A DNA stretch of 64,000 nucleotides. It comes from an uncultured Acidobacteriota bacterium. GTDB lineage: Bacteria > Acidobacteriota > Vicinamibacteria > Marinacidobacterales > DATDRI01. This document shows, one piece after another, positions 54,081 through 64,000 of the stretch. The translations under genes were made by a program, and so were the position numbers. The notes beneath the pieces were generated by a model, which ran no database searches, had not been told where the DNA came from, and worked only from the letters and a program-made list of their open reading frames with translations. The number at the start of each line of letters is the position of its first letter. Within the stretch, counting starts at the first letter, position 1. The stretch is taken from the NCBI GenBank assembly GCA_963722765.1, contig CAVROO010000016.1, positions 123,075 to 187,074 on the forward strand, written 5' to 3'.

Positions 54081-55172
54081 ATGGCCAAGATGTTGTCGCC
54101 CGACCGGACACTGTTCATCGTGACTATAGTGCTCGTTTCCTTCGGGTTGGTCATGGTGTACAGCGCATCGGCGATGGTTGCGCACGAGGCACATCGGAGC
54201 TCCTACTTCTTTCTTTTCAAGCAGCTCATTTACGCGGCCTTGGGTGTCGCGGTGATGTCGGTTCTCATGAGGATGGATTATCGTTGGCTGAATCGCCCGG
54301 CTGTCATCTATGGCCTTTTCGCCGTCACAGTGGTCCTCCTGATAGGAGTTCTTTTTTCGCCGCCGCTCAAAAACGCACACCGTTGGATGCGTTTGGGACT
54401 CATGTCCTTTCAACCCTCCGAGGGTGCCAAGCTTGTGCTCATCTTGACTCTTGCTTACCAGCTCGAAAAGCGACGGGAGCGACTGGACGATTTTTTCGGA
54501 GGGCTCTTCCCCTCCCTGGTGGTCACCGGGTTTTTGGCTTTTCTCGTTCTTATCGAGCCCGATTTCGGCACCGCCTCGTGCCTCGCACTCATCGGTTGTT
54601 GTCTGCTCTTTATTTCCGGTGCTCCGCTTCGCTATCTGGTTCAGCTCGGACTGGTTACGATGCCGCTCATCTATTGGCTCATGATTCGTGTGCCGTACCG
54701 GAGACAGAGATTGCTGGCTTTTTTGGACCCCTTCGACGATCCACTCGGCCGAGGATTTCAAATCATTCAGTCTTTTATCGCTTTGAGTACGGGGGGGCTG
54801 TTCGGGGTCGGCTTCATGCGGAGCCGACAAAAACTGTTTTATCTCCCCGAGCCGCATACCGATTTCGTTTTCTCGGTCATTGGAGAAGAGCTCGGTCTCA
54901 TTGGGACACTGGTTATGGTGGCCGCCTTCTCGATTTTTCTATGGCGGGGAATCGTTATCGCCCGCCGCGCTCCCGATCTTTTCGGAACGCTTCTTGCCGG
55001 CGGTCTGACGGCCCTCATTGTCGGTCAAGCGTTTCTCAACATCGGGGTAACCTTGGGACTTTTACCCACCACGGGCATCCCTCTGCCTTTCATTTCGGCG
55101 GGAGGGTCCTCCTTGGTGGCATCCATGGCGGCTGTCGGGCTGCTTCTTTCCGTGTCTCAACACGCGGGGTGA
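54081..55172 (+). CDS. ftsW: Peptidoglycan polymerase FtsW (SEDS)
   Basis: MVYSAS, RW...FQPSE..K, EPDFGT, LPEPHTDF, G.PLPFISAGGSS. Confidence 0.96.
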   Translation: MAKMLSPDRTLFIVTIVLVSFGLVMVYSASAMVAHEAHRSSYFFLFKQLIYAALGVAVMSVLMRMDYRWLNRPAVIYGLFAVTVVLLIGVLFSPPLKNAHRWMRLGLMSFQPSEGAKLVLILTLAYQLEKRRERLDDFFGGLFPSLVVTGFLAFLVLIEPDFGTASCLALIGCCLLFISGAPLRYLVQLGLVTMPLIYWLMIRVPYRRQRLLAFLDPFDDPLGRGFQIIQSFIALSTGGLFGVGFMRSRQKLFYLPEPHTDFVFSVIGEELGLIGTLVMVAAFSIFLWRGIVIARRAPDLFGTLLAGGLTALIVGQAFLNIGVTLGLLPTTGIPLPFISAGGSSLVASMAAVGLLLSVSQHAG

Positions 55173-55175
55173 TGG

Positions 55176-56309
55176 GTGGCACGACGGGGCGGCGATGGGA
55201 GTTTTTGTTTGCTCGTGGCAGCGGGCGGCTCGGGCGGACATCTTTATCCGGCTCTGGCTGTAGCCGGCAAAGTTTTGGAGTACGAACCGGAGACCAAGGT
55301 GATTTTTTCGGGAACGAAGCGGGGACTCGAAAGCCGGATTGTGCCTCGTGCCGGCTTCACTCTCGAGATGGTTCGAGTGGAACCGCTTCGCGGAGGTTCG
55401 GTTTTTCGGAAGCTCAAAGGGGTTTTGTCACTGCCCTTCGCTTTCATTGACGCGATGAGACTACTAAGAAAGGTCAGACCAAGCGTGGTTATGGGAGTGG
55501 GCGGGTACGTCTCGGGACCCCTCGTGGCGGTCGCCGGCGCTACCGGTGTGCCGACACTCATTCTCGAGCCGAACGCAACGCCCGGCCTTGCCAACCGGTG
55601 GCTCGGGCCTTTCGTGGATCGGCGGCTCTCGCTTGGGAAGAGACGAAACGCTATTTCGGGTCGAAAGGATTCGTGTCCGGGCAATCCGGTGCGCGAAGCC
55701 ATCACGCGAGTGCCGATTCGGTCCGCCGGCGACGAGATGCACGTTTTGGTTTTCGGGGGAAGCCAGGGCTCGCAGGTCTTGAATCAAGCGATGATCGCCG
55801 CACTTCCTTTTCTGGCGGCCGGGCGAGATCGCCTCCAGGTGACCCATCAGACGGGAGAAACCGAACGGGAATCGGTCGCGGACGCCTATGAGCAAGCGGG
55901 CTTTCCGGCGCGAGTGGAAGCTTACCTCGAGGCCATGGATCGAGAATACGCGGAATGCGACCTCGTCGTTTCGCGGGCCGGCGCCACGACCTGCGCCGAG
56001 CTGGCGGCGGCGGGAAGGCCGTCGATTTTGGTGCCTTTGCCCCTGGCGGGTGGTCACCAAGCGGACAACGCCGAGATGCTCGCCCGCGAGGGAGCGGCTC
56101 GTGTCATTCCGCAAGAAGTTTTGACAGGTGAAAAGTTGTCCGAGGCGCTTCTTACGCTACTCGACGCGCCGGAGCAAAGACGAACGATGGCGGAGCGTGC
56201 TCGGAGCTTGGCGCGGCCCGACGCCGCCGACATTATCGCCGGGCAATTATTCGAGTTGGCCGGTCGGCCGAGGACGGGCCAAGGTCGGCCGGGGAGGACC
56301 CGCGAATGA
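55176..56309 (+). CDS. murG: MurG N-acetylglucosaminyl transferase (compensating indels between 55620 and 55680)
   Basis: [41 protein letters not shown]. Confidence 0.95.
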   Translation: MARRGGDGSFCLLVAAGGSGGHLYPALAVAGKVLEYEPETKVIFSGTKRGLESRIVPRAGFTLEMVRVEPLRGGSVFRKLKGVLSLPFAFIDAMRLLRKVRPSVVMGVGGYVSGPLVAVAGATGVPTLILEPNATPGLANRWLGPFVDRRLSLGKRRNAISGRKDSCPGNPVREAITRVPIRSAGDEMHVLVFGGSQGSQVLNQAMIAALPFLAAGRDRLQVTHQTGETERESVADAYEQAGFPARVEAYLEAMDREYAECDLVVSRAGATTCAELAAAGRPSILVPLPLAGGHQADNAEMLAREGAARVIPQEVLTGEKLSEALLTLLDAPEQRRTMAERARSLARPDAADIIAGQLFELAGRPRTGQGRPGRTRE

Positions 56310-57708
56310 GCGCGCCGCTGTTTTCGTCGAAGACGCGAATTCACTTCGTTGGAATCGGCGGAATCGGTATGAGCGGGATTGCGGAAGTTCTGGTCAATCT
56401 CGGGTATGCGGTGAGCGGTTCCGATCTGCGGAGCACCGCCGTGACGCGGAGACTCGAGTCTTTGGGGGCAAAAATTTACGAAGGACATCGGGAAGAACAA
56501 GTGGGTGAGGCTGATGTGGTCGTGACCTCATCGGCGGTTCGTCCCGAGAATCCGGAGATCGAAGGCGCTCGGAAACTACAAGTGCCCATTATTCCGCGTG
56601 CCGAGATGCTGGCCGAGTTGATGCGTTTGAAATACGGAATCGCGGTAGCCGGTTCACACGGCAAGACCAGCACGACCTCGATGGTTGCCGTCATGCTGGA
56701 CCGGGCCGGACTCGATCCGACCATGGTGATCGGCGGCCGGCTCCGAATCTTGGGCAGTAACGCCAAGTTGGGTCGCTCGGACTTCATGGTCGTGGAGGCC
56801 GACGAGTCGGACCGCAGTTTCCTTCACCTGTCTCCCGTCGTCGCCGTGGTGACGGGCATCGACCGAGAGCATTTGGAAGCCTACCGGGATCTGGACGACC
56901 TTCAAGACACGTTCGTTGATTTCGTCAACAAAGTTCCGTTTTACGGAGCATCCGTGGTTTGTCTCGATGAAGAGCGAATTCAGGATATGCTTCCGCGAAT
57001 CAGACGACGCTACGTGACCTACGGTTTCTCGACCCAAGCCGATGTCTCTGCGGCGGACGTGTCCCTTGACGGGAATGCGCTCGTCATATACGTTGAAAGT
57101 GCGAGGAGAACCGGCGGGAGAGGTTCGAGCTCGGAGTGCCGGGTCGGGTGAGTGTGCTGAACAGCTCTGGCTGCCGTCGGGGTGGCGCTCGAGCTCGGAC
57201 ATCCCGATGGAGCAAATCTTTCTGGGACTCGCAGCTTACTCCGGCGTCGATCGGCGTTTTCAGGTCAAAGGGAGACGTCGGCGGCGTGCTCGTCGTCGAT
57301 GACTATGGCCATCATCCCACTGAGATCCGGCCGACTTTGGCCACCGCGAAGGAGGCCTTCCGCCGAGCGAACCGTGGTCGTCTTCCAGCCCCATCGCTAC
57401 ACCGGGTTCAAGCGCTTTTCGATGAGTTCTGCCGCTCGTTTCATCAAGCGGACTTTTGTTGGTGACCGAGATTTACCCGGCCGGCGAAGATCCATTGCAG
57501 GAGTACCGGGCGAAGAATCTGGCGGAAGGTATCAAAGAGCATGGGCATCGAGACGTTCGCTTCGTGGATGCGGTGGACACCGTCCCGGCGGTTCTGGCTG
57601 AGGAGCTTGGTGAAGGCGATTCGTGCTTGACTCTTGGGTGCAGGGAGTGTGACGGCAATTTCCGATCAAATCGTGGAGATGATCCGTGAGCGTGGCGATG
57701 ACGATTAG
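56306..57708 (+). CDS. murC: UDP-MurNAc:L-Ala ligase (multiple indels after 57070)
   Basis: [52 protein letters not shown]. Confidence 0.93.
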
Positions 57709-58607
57709 CTCGATCGAGCGAATCGAAGGTGGCCCTCGCGGACGCACGGTGTGAGGTTTCGCGCCGAAGAGCCTCTGGCACGCTACACCACCATCGGGCT
57801 GGGAGGTCCCGCGGAGGTCATGGTGTATCCAGCGTCCACCGAGCAGATGATCGCGATCTCGCGCTCGACGGTCGAGCATCGAGTTGCCGGTTCGAATTCT
57901 CGGAGGCGGAAGCAATCTCCTGGTGAGCGACGAAGGTGTTCGCGGCGTGGTAATCCATACCGGCGCCATGAAAATTCACGATAATCGAGGGTGACGCGAG
58001 TTCGAGGCGGAAGCGGGTGTCAATTTCCCGGTCTGGTGCGGGCGGCGGTATCCCGCGGCCTTCGCGGTCTCGAAGGGGGCGTGGGTATTCCGGGCTCCGT
58101 TGGGGGCGTTTTGGCCATGAATGCGGGCGCTTACGGATTCTCCATGGGCGAATTGGTGGAGAGGTTACGGTCGTTGCTCCCGGCAAAGGGAAGTTGGAGC
58201 TGGCCCGCGACCAGGTGGATTTCGCTACCGTTCGTCTTCCTTCGGCGACGACGTGGTTGTTGCGGGTGCCGCCTGCGACTCGACGAAGACGAGCCGGCGG
58301 CCATCCGGGGGGACATGGACAAGCAATTGAGCGACCGAAAGAACACCCAGCCCGTGGGTGTCAAAAGTGCGGGTTGTATCTTCAAAAACCCCCCGGGAGA
58401 ATCGGCGGGAAGGATCATCGATGGACTGGGATTCAAAGGTTTGCGGATTGGCGGAGCGCGGGTATCGGAGGTGCATGCGAATTTCATCGTGCATGACGGG
58501 ACGCCTCGTGCCGGCGACGTTATTGTCGCTCGTTGATGAAGTACGAGAACGAGTGTTATCGGGCGACCAAGGTCGAGCTCGAGGAAGAGGTCAAACGGTG
58601 GAATTAG
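57698..58607 (+). CDS. murB: UDP-N-acetylenolpyruvoylglucosamine reductase (multiple indels)
   Basis: YTTIGLGGPA, GGGSNLLV, GIPGSVGG..MNAGAY, SAGCIFKNP, HANFIV, LEEEV. Confidence 0.9.
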
Positions 58608-59479
58608 AGGGCGCAACGCCGCGAGGCGACCGGGACACACCGACGGAGCATTTTCTTCGCCGGCAGGTCGTGCCCCGGCGCTCCAGTCGTGGGAAAGTCG
58701 CTCCATTTTCCGCTCCGTCGGTGCCGCTGGCAGGTCTTGCCGGACTCGTCGCGGCGGGATTTTGGACTGCCGCCGCGGCCGGTCGGGCTCCCGAGCTCGC
58801 CGTCAGCCGAATTCGTGTCGAAGGGAACGAGAGACTGGCCGAGGGAGAGATTTTGGAAGCGCTGGGATCTCCGTCAGGGAACGAACATTTTGAACCTCGA
58901 TTTGGAAGAGCTGAAGCGCAAGTTGCTGCGTCTCACCCTGGGTGAAGGATGTCCAATTGACCCGAGTGCTTCCGGCGACGTTGACATTCGGGTGGTGGAG
59001 ACGGAAGCCGGTTGGCATCGCGGTATTGGATCGTTTTACCTCATGGATGAGCAGGGAACGTTCCTCGACGAGTTGGGGCCGCGATATGCGGACTTGGCTC
59101 CTCCACTGGTGCGTGGTCTCGAGGAGGAGACGGGAACGTCTCGTCTGACTCGGCGGCTCTGGCGGGACGGGTACTCGGGGCTTTGGCGGATCGACGAGCG
59201 GCTGGAATCGGCGGTGTCGGAAATCGACGTCTCCGAGGGGGACGGGATCGATTCGAATCCATTCTGCGAAATCCGCCCCTGACGATTTTGTTGGTGGAAG
59301 ACGGTTTGGTCCCGATCGTCTGCGTGAAATACTTCCGTTGACGGAAGGGATTCTTGAACGTTTTCCTACTGTGGCGGTGGACCTTCGGTTCGAAGGGCGT
59401 GTCTATTTGCGGCTCCAACCCGGATACGAGCCCGAACAGGGCGAAACGGGCGAGACCGAGAATCATTGGGGGGAGGTGA
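58598..59479 (+). CDS. ftsQ: Cell division protein FtsQ (multiple indels)
   Basis: TM, POTRA-like IRVEGNERL..NILNLDL..VQLTRVLP, C-terminal VDLRFEGRVY; located before ftsA. Confidence 0.8.
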
Positions 59480-60735
59480 GTATCCTGAACAAGAAGGATC
59501 GATACATTGTGGGGCTCGACATCGGCACGACCAAAGTGACTGCGATCGTCAGCGAGATCACCGAAGAGGGACGGCTGGACATCATCGGGATAGGCTCGAC
59601 GGAGTCCAAGGGGCTTCGCAAGGGAATGGTCATCAATCTCGAGCAGACCGTGGATTCGATCAAGCGCGTCGTAGAAGAAGCGGAGCTCATGGCCGGTGTG
59701 GAGATCGAGTCCGCCTACGTAGGACTGGCCGGAGGGCACATCAAAGGATTCAATTCTCGGAGCCGTGGTGGCCGTGACCAACAAGAGCCGAGAAATAACC
59801 CGAGAAGACGTGTTTCCGGGCCATCGACGCGGCCAAGGCCATTCCGCTTCCGTCGGACCGGGAGATCGTGCACGTTTTGCCGCAAGAGTTCGTTGTGGAT
59901 GAGCAGGACGGGATATTCGATCCCACGGGAATGACCGGGATCACGCTTGGAAGCCAACGTTCATATCATTACCGCCGGCACGACGGCGACACAAAACATC
60001 GTCACCTGTGTCAACCGCGCTGGGATGGAGGTAACGGAGACCGTGTTGGAGCAGCTTTCCGCCGCCGAAGCGGTGCTGACCATGGATGAGAAGGAACTGG
60101 GCGTCGCCTTGGTCGACATCGGTGGGGGAACCACGGATCTTGCCATATTCGACAAAGGAACGATCTGGCACACCGCCGTTCTTCCCACCGGGGGCGATCA
60201 TTTTACCAACGATGTTGCCGTGGGTTTGCGTACTCCCATCGTTGAGGCGGAGAAGATCAAGAAGAAGTTCGGGTGTGCTCTCGGTACCATGGTTTCCGAC
60301 GAAGATACCATCGAAGTTCCGAGTGTGGGCGGCGGTAATCCCCGCATTCTTCCTCGGCAGCTTCTGGCGGAGATCATCCAGCCACGGGCGGAGGAGGTCT
60401 GCCATCTCATTTACCAGGAGGTGCGCCGGGCCGGATACGAGAATGTTCTCAACTCGGGAGTGGTTTTTACGGGTGGGAGCGCAGCTCTCGAAGGCCTGCC
60501 GGAGGTTGCGGAACGTATCTTCGATATGCCGATTCGCGTGGGTGCGCCCACCGGGGTGGGAGGGCTTGTGGACGTGGTGGCCAGTCCGGCCTATGCCACA
60601 GGCGTGGGATTGGTTCTTTATGCAAAGAGGAGTCGGTCCAATCCGCTGTTGCCGGATCGTGCCGTTCCGAATTCGTTTACACGGATTTTGAAAAGGTGTC
60701 GCGATTTCGTGTTCGCTCCACTGGGAGCCGGATGA
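59476..60735 (+). CDS. ftsA: Cell division protein FtsA (indels between 59760 and 59945)
   Basis: [48 protein letters not shown]. Confidence 0.94.
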
Positions 60736-60834
60736 CCATAGTTGAGGAAAAGTCATGGACTTGAGCAAGGGTCAACGACGGGGACGACTTCCGAAAATCC
60801 CGGCGGTCGCTTGTTCGATGTGGAGGGAAGGTGA

Positions 60835-62041
60835 ATGATACGTTTCGAAGACGATAAACCAAAAGATACTCCGCTGAGTATTTCATTCGGTGACGGAACC
60901 GATGCCGGGGCCACCATCAAGGTCGTCGGCGTGGGTGGCGGTGGAGGCAATGCCGTCAATCGAATGATTGCCTCGCGCATCGGCGGTATCGAGTTCATTT
61001 CGGCGAATACGGACCTCCAAGCTCTGAAAGCCAACCATGCTCCGGTCAAAGATCCAGCTCGGCTCGAAATTGACCAAGGGCCTGGGCTGCGGCGCCGATC
61101 CCGATATCGGACGACAGGCGGCGCTCGAGGATACGGAAAAAATAATCGAGACTCTCGACGGCGCCGACATGGTCTTCATCACCGGCGGACTCGGTGGCGG
61201 GACCGGAACGGGTGGTGCTCCCATCCTGGCCACCTTGGCCAGTGAGCTAGGGGCGCTCACCGTCGCGGTTGTGACCAAACCCTTCACCTTCGAGGGAAAG
61301 TGGAGACAGCGGCAGGCCGAGGAGGGTATGCGCGAGCTCCGGGAGTGCGTCGACACGCTCATCTCGATCCCCAACGATCGGTCTGCTCGCTACCGTCGAT
61401 CGCAATACGTCGCTCGCCGATGCATTCAGTGTCGCCGATGACGTCTTGCGGCAGGCCGTTCAGGGTATTTCGGATCTCATCACCGTACCCGGTCTCATCA
61501 ATCTGGACTTCGCGGACGTTCGAACCATCATGCGTGGCATGGGGGATGCGGTGATGGGCACCGGTGTGGCCAAAGGCGAGAACCGAGCCGTGGAAGCAGC
61601 GCAAAAGGCAATCAGTAGTCCGCTTCTAGAAGAGGCTTCCATCGAAGGCGCCCGCGGGGTCATCATCAATGTCACGGGCGGTGAGGACATGAGCCTCATG
61701 GAAGTCAACGAGGCCTCGTCGGTCATCCACGAGGCGGCGGACGATGAGGCCAACATCATTTTCGGTGCCGTCGTCGATCCCGAGCATGGACGGCCGCCTC
61801 AAGATCACGGTGATTGCCACTGGATTTCAGCGGGCCGACCGAGAGAGAACGTCGTCGCGGCGCCTCGACTCCGGTCGATATCTCGCACTACGCAAAGAAT
61901 CGGGAACCGAACGCAAGCTCATCGGGTTTTTACCGACGGGGTGCTTCGGACGGGCTGGAGGACGACCTCGATTTCGGGACTGCTGTGTCCGACGAATCCG
62001 AGGACCTAGACGTTCCAACTTTCTTGAGAAAGGGGCGGTAA
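60835..62041 (+). CDS. ftsZ: Cell division protein FtsZ (about 3 indels)
   Basis: [45 protein letters not shown]-terminal LDVPTFLRK. Confidence 0.96.
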
Positions 62042-62272
62042 ACGGGCGTTTCTCGAAAAGATAGCAGAAGGAGCTGACGAGTCCATGTTTGACTCATCTC
62101 ATCGACCTTTCCATATTGTAGGCGGGACGAACTTGCCTCTCCATCTTCCGTGCTTTACCATCAGAATATAAAGATTCATTGAGTGGCTCCTAAGTAAAGT
62201 CTCTCGATTCTACCGGTCATTTTTCTACAAGTTCTATTCGGGGAACCCGTCCGTCTAGGGGAGTAGGTAAGT

Positions 62273-63159
62273 ATGGAACTGTCGCATGTCGAAAATCAGA
62301 GGACCCAGCTTCTGCAGTTCGTCCTCTTGGTCATCATTATGGTTCTTGGCGTCATCACGTTCCTCTCGGTTTTCCAGCAGCGCGGCTACCTGATTCCCGC
62401 TCTAACCGGCCTTTGCCTTTGCGCTTGTCTCTACGTGATTGCTAAGGAAAGGCGACTCAAACGCCTTCAGAGTGAGCTCGTTCAACGAGATCGTGGAAAA
62501 GGAAAAGCAGGTGGCGGACGAAAAGGCCAAAGCCTCGTCGCTCGAGTCCCGCCTCAAAGAACTAACGGATCTCTATCGCGCGATCAGCGCAGTCAACTCG
62601 GCAGCCGACCCGGGGAGAACGCACGAGTCCGTGCTGCGTGCGGCGATTCAGCTGGTAGGTGGGGACTGTGGCTCGATCATGCTTCCCGACGGTGGGGGCG
62701 AGCACCTGGTCATTGCATCGGCGCAAGGACTGGACCAGGCCGTGGTCGACCAGACACGGCAGCCGATCGGGAAGGGTATCGCCGGCTGGGTCGCCGAAAA
62801 CCTCGAGCCTGTCCTTTTGACCGGAACCGCCGGTGAGGACGAACGGTTCGAAGACCTCGCCGAGCGAGACGAGGAGGTTTTGTTCTCGCTCGCAGCACCG
62901 ATGGTTCTGCGCAATAAGTTGATTGGTGTCATCAATCTGGGATCCACTGAGGACGGAATCCAAGGACCGGTTCACGGATTACGACCTTCGCATGGTTACC
63001 ATCTTTGCCCAGCACGCTTCGGTGGCCATCGAGAATGCCCGCTTTATGAAAGAGAATGTAGGCTCCTGGCAATCGCGGGTTAGAGAACTCAGAACTCAGA
63101 ACTCAGAACGTCAGAACGAGACGCGAAGGCGGCAAAGACGCCGCAACATTAGGATTTAG
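62273..63159 (+). CDS. Two-TM membrane protein with coiled coil and GAF domain (indels near 62485 and 62960)
   Basis: Two hydrophobic helices; GSIMLPD, GIAGWVA, APM...LIGVINL, FTDYDL..VTIFAQHASVAIENAR. Confidence 0.78.
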
Positions 63160-63200
63160 TTTCGATTTTACGTCTCCGCGACTCCGCGACCTCTGCGTTC
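63081..63200 (-). repeat. Composite element with (GAACTCA)n tail plus AACGCAGAG-type module
   Basis: gaactca x3...AGGATTTAGT (reverse complement of ACTAAATCCT), then ctccgcgactccgcgacctctgcgtt. Confidence 0.65.
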
Positions 63201-63264
63201 AGTCCTCTCTGCAGATTTGTCCGGCGCGCTATAATGACAGTTTCCCATGGCGGGTTGATTTCCA

Positions 63265-64000
63265 ATGAACCGACGTCTCGTCGAAAAAGCGAAGAAGCTC
63301 CTCGAGAAGGAGCAAGGGACGATCACCAAGTCTCACGCTGGAAAACTGCGCATCGCTCTCGGGTATCCCAATACGTACCACATCGGCATGTCCAACGTCG
63401 GTTTCCAGGCCGTCTATCGTTTTTGGAACGAGCTTCCCGACGTGGTCTGCGAGCGGGTCTTTTTGCCCGAACGCAAAGATCTCGAGGAGCACCGGAGGAC
63501 GAGGACTCCCCTTTTCACATTGGAGTCCGGAAGTCTTGTTAGGGACTTCGACGTTTTTGCCTTTTCTGTAACCTTCGAGCCCGACGAACTGAACCTTCTG
63601 ACAATGCTCGACCTTGCGGGTATTCCGCTCATGGCGTCTGAGAGGAACCATAGACATCCCCTCGTCGTTGCCGGCGGCCCTATCACCTTTCTGAATCCCG
63701 AGCCCCTGGCTGTGTTCGTCGATTTGATCGCGGTGGGTGAAGCGGAAGCTTTGTTGCCGACGTTGACGGAAGCGCTCGTCGAGCACGAAGAACGGGCAGG
63801 CCTGCTGAAAACGCTTCACAACGAAGGTGGCTTTTATATACCAAGTCACGACGATATCAGCTACCGACCGGATGGCACGATCCGCGGGCGCGTGAACCGA
63901 CTTGGAGGAGAGGGTCGGGTGGTCCGAGCTAAGATGGGCAAGCGTGCCGACTGGCCTCCTCCGGCGACTTATATCTTGACCGAGTCTACGGAGATGTCTT
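63265..64000 (+). CDS. Radical SAM protein N-terminus (B12-binding-like region); runs off the window end; indel near 63335
   Basis: ALGYPNTYHIGMSNVGFQ.VY, CERVFLP, FDVFAFSV.FE, GGP....NPEPL, GEAE; the CxxxCxxC motif is not within the window. Confidence 0.75.
   Translation, partial: MNRRLVEKAKKLLEKEQGTITKSHAGKLRIALGYPNTYHIGMSNVGFQAVYRFWNELPDVVCERVFLPERKDLEEHRRTRTPLFTLESGSLVRDFDVFAFSVTFEPDELNLLTMLDLAGIPLMASERNHRHPLVVAGGPITFLNPEPLAVFVDLIAVGEAEALLPTLTEALVEHEERAGLLKTLHNEGGFYIPSHDDISYRPDGTIRGRVNRLGGEGRVVRAKMGKRADWPPPATYILTESTEMS

Noticed and set aside
52649-55450. 933-aa ORF suggesting a MurD fusion
   Set aside because: After about residue 455 it is an off-frame read across intact ftsW and murG; a lost stop from an indel explains it.
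59338-59934. Apparent in-frame FtsQ-FtsA fusion
   Set aside because: The junction contains a G homopolymer followed by GGAGGTGA (RBS plus out-of-frame stop) in the most error-rich region; most likely a one-base error.

Overview
Bacterial core-chromosome segment (GC roughly 58-60% by eye), most likely from an Acidobacteriota genome, inferred from the VWFA-related 'Acidobacterial' domain protein and the gene order. It carries hemE-hemH-hemY, three tRNAs (Gln-CTG, Ser-GCT, Ser-TGA), serS, dprA-topA-trmFO-xerC, rplU-rpmA-obgE-nadD-rsfS, lpxC, two GT2 glycosyltransferases, a ychF-like gene and a nearly complete dcw cluster (mraZ to ftsZ). About 20 genes, many of them essential, contain single-base indels. 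These are best explained as unpolished long-read errors, so reconstructed gene ends are approximate. The most interesting signals are: (1) a receiver-less sigma54 enhancer-binding protein with an apparent reciprocal glutamate-switch swap (Walker B DE to DQ, switch N to D), directly upstream of a LapA-LapB fusion, with a consensus sigma54 promoter plus IHF-like and UAS-like sites in front of lpxC about 7 kb away, suggesting a candidate sigma54 circuit for lipid A control; (2) a TPR / lipoprotein / gluzincin-beta-propeller-Omp85 operon; (3) several apparent pseudo-enzymes; and (4) multiple families of intergenic MITE/REP-like elements, some of which supply stop codons or C-termini of host genes, including serS. 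No CRISPR array, rRNA, prophage or transposase was seen.
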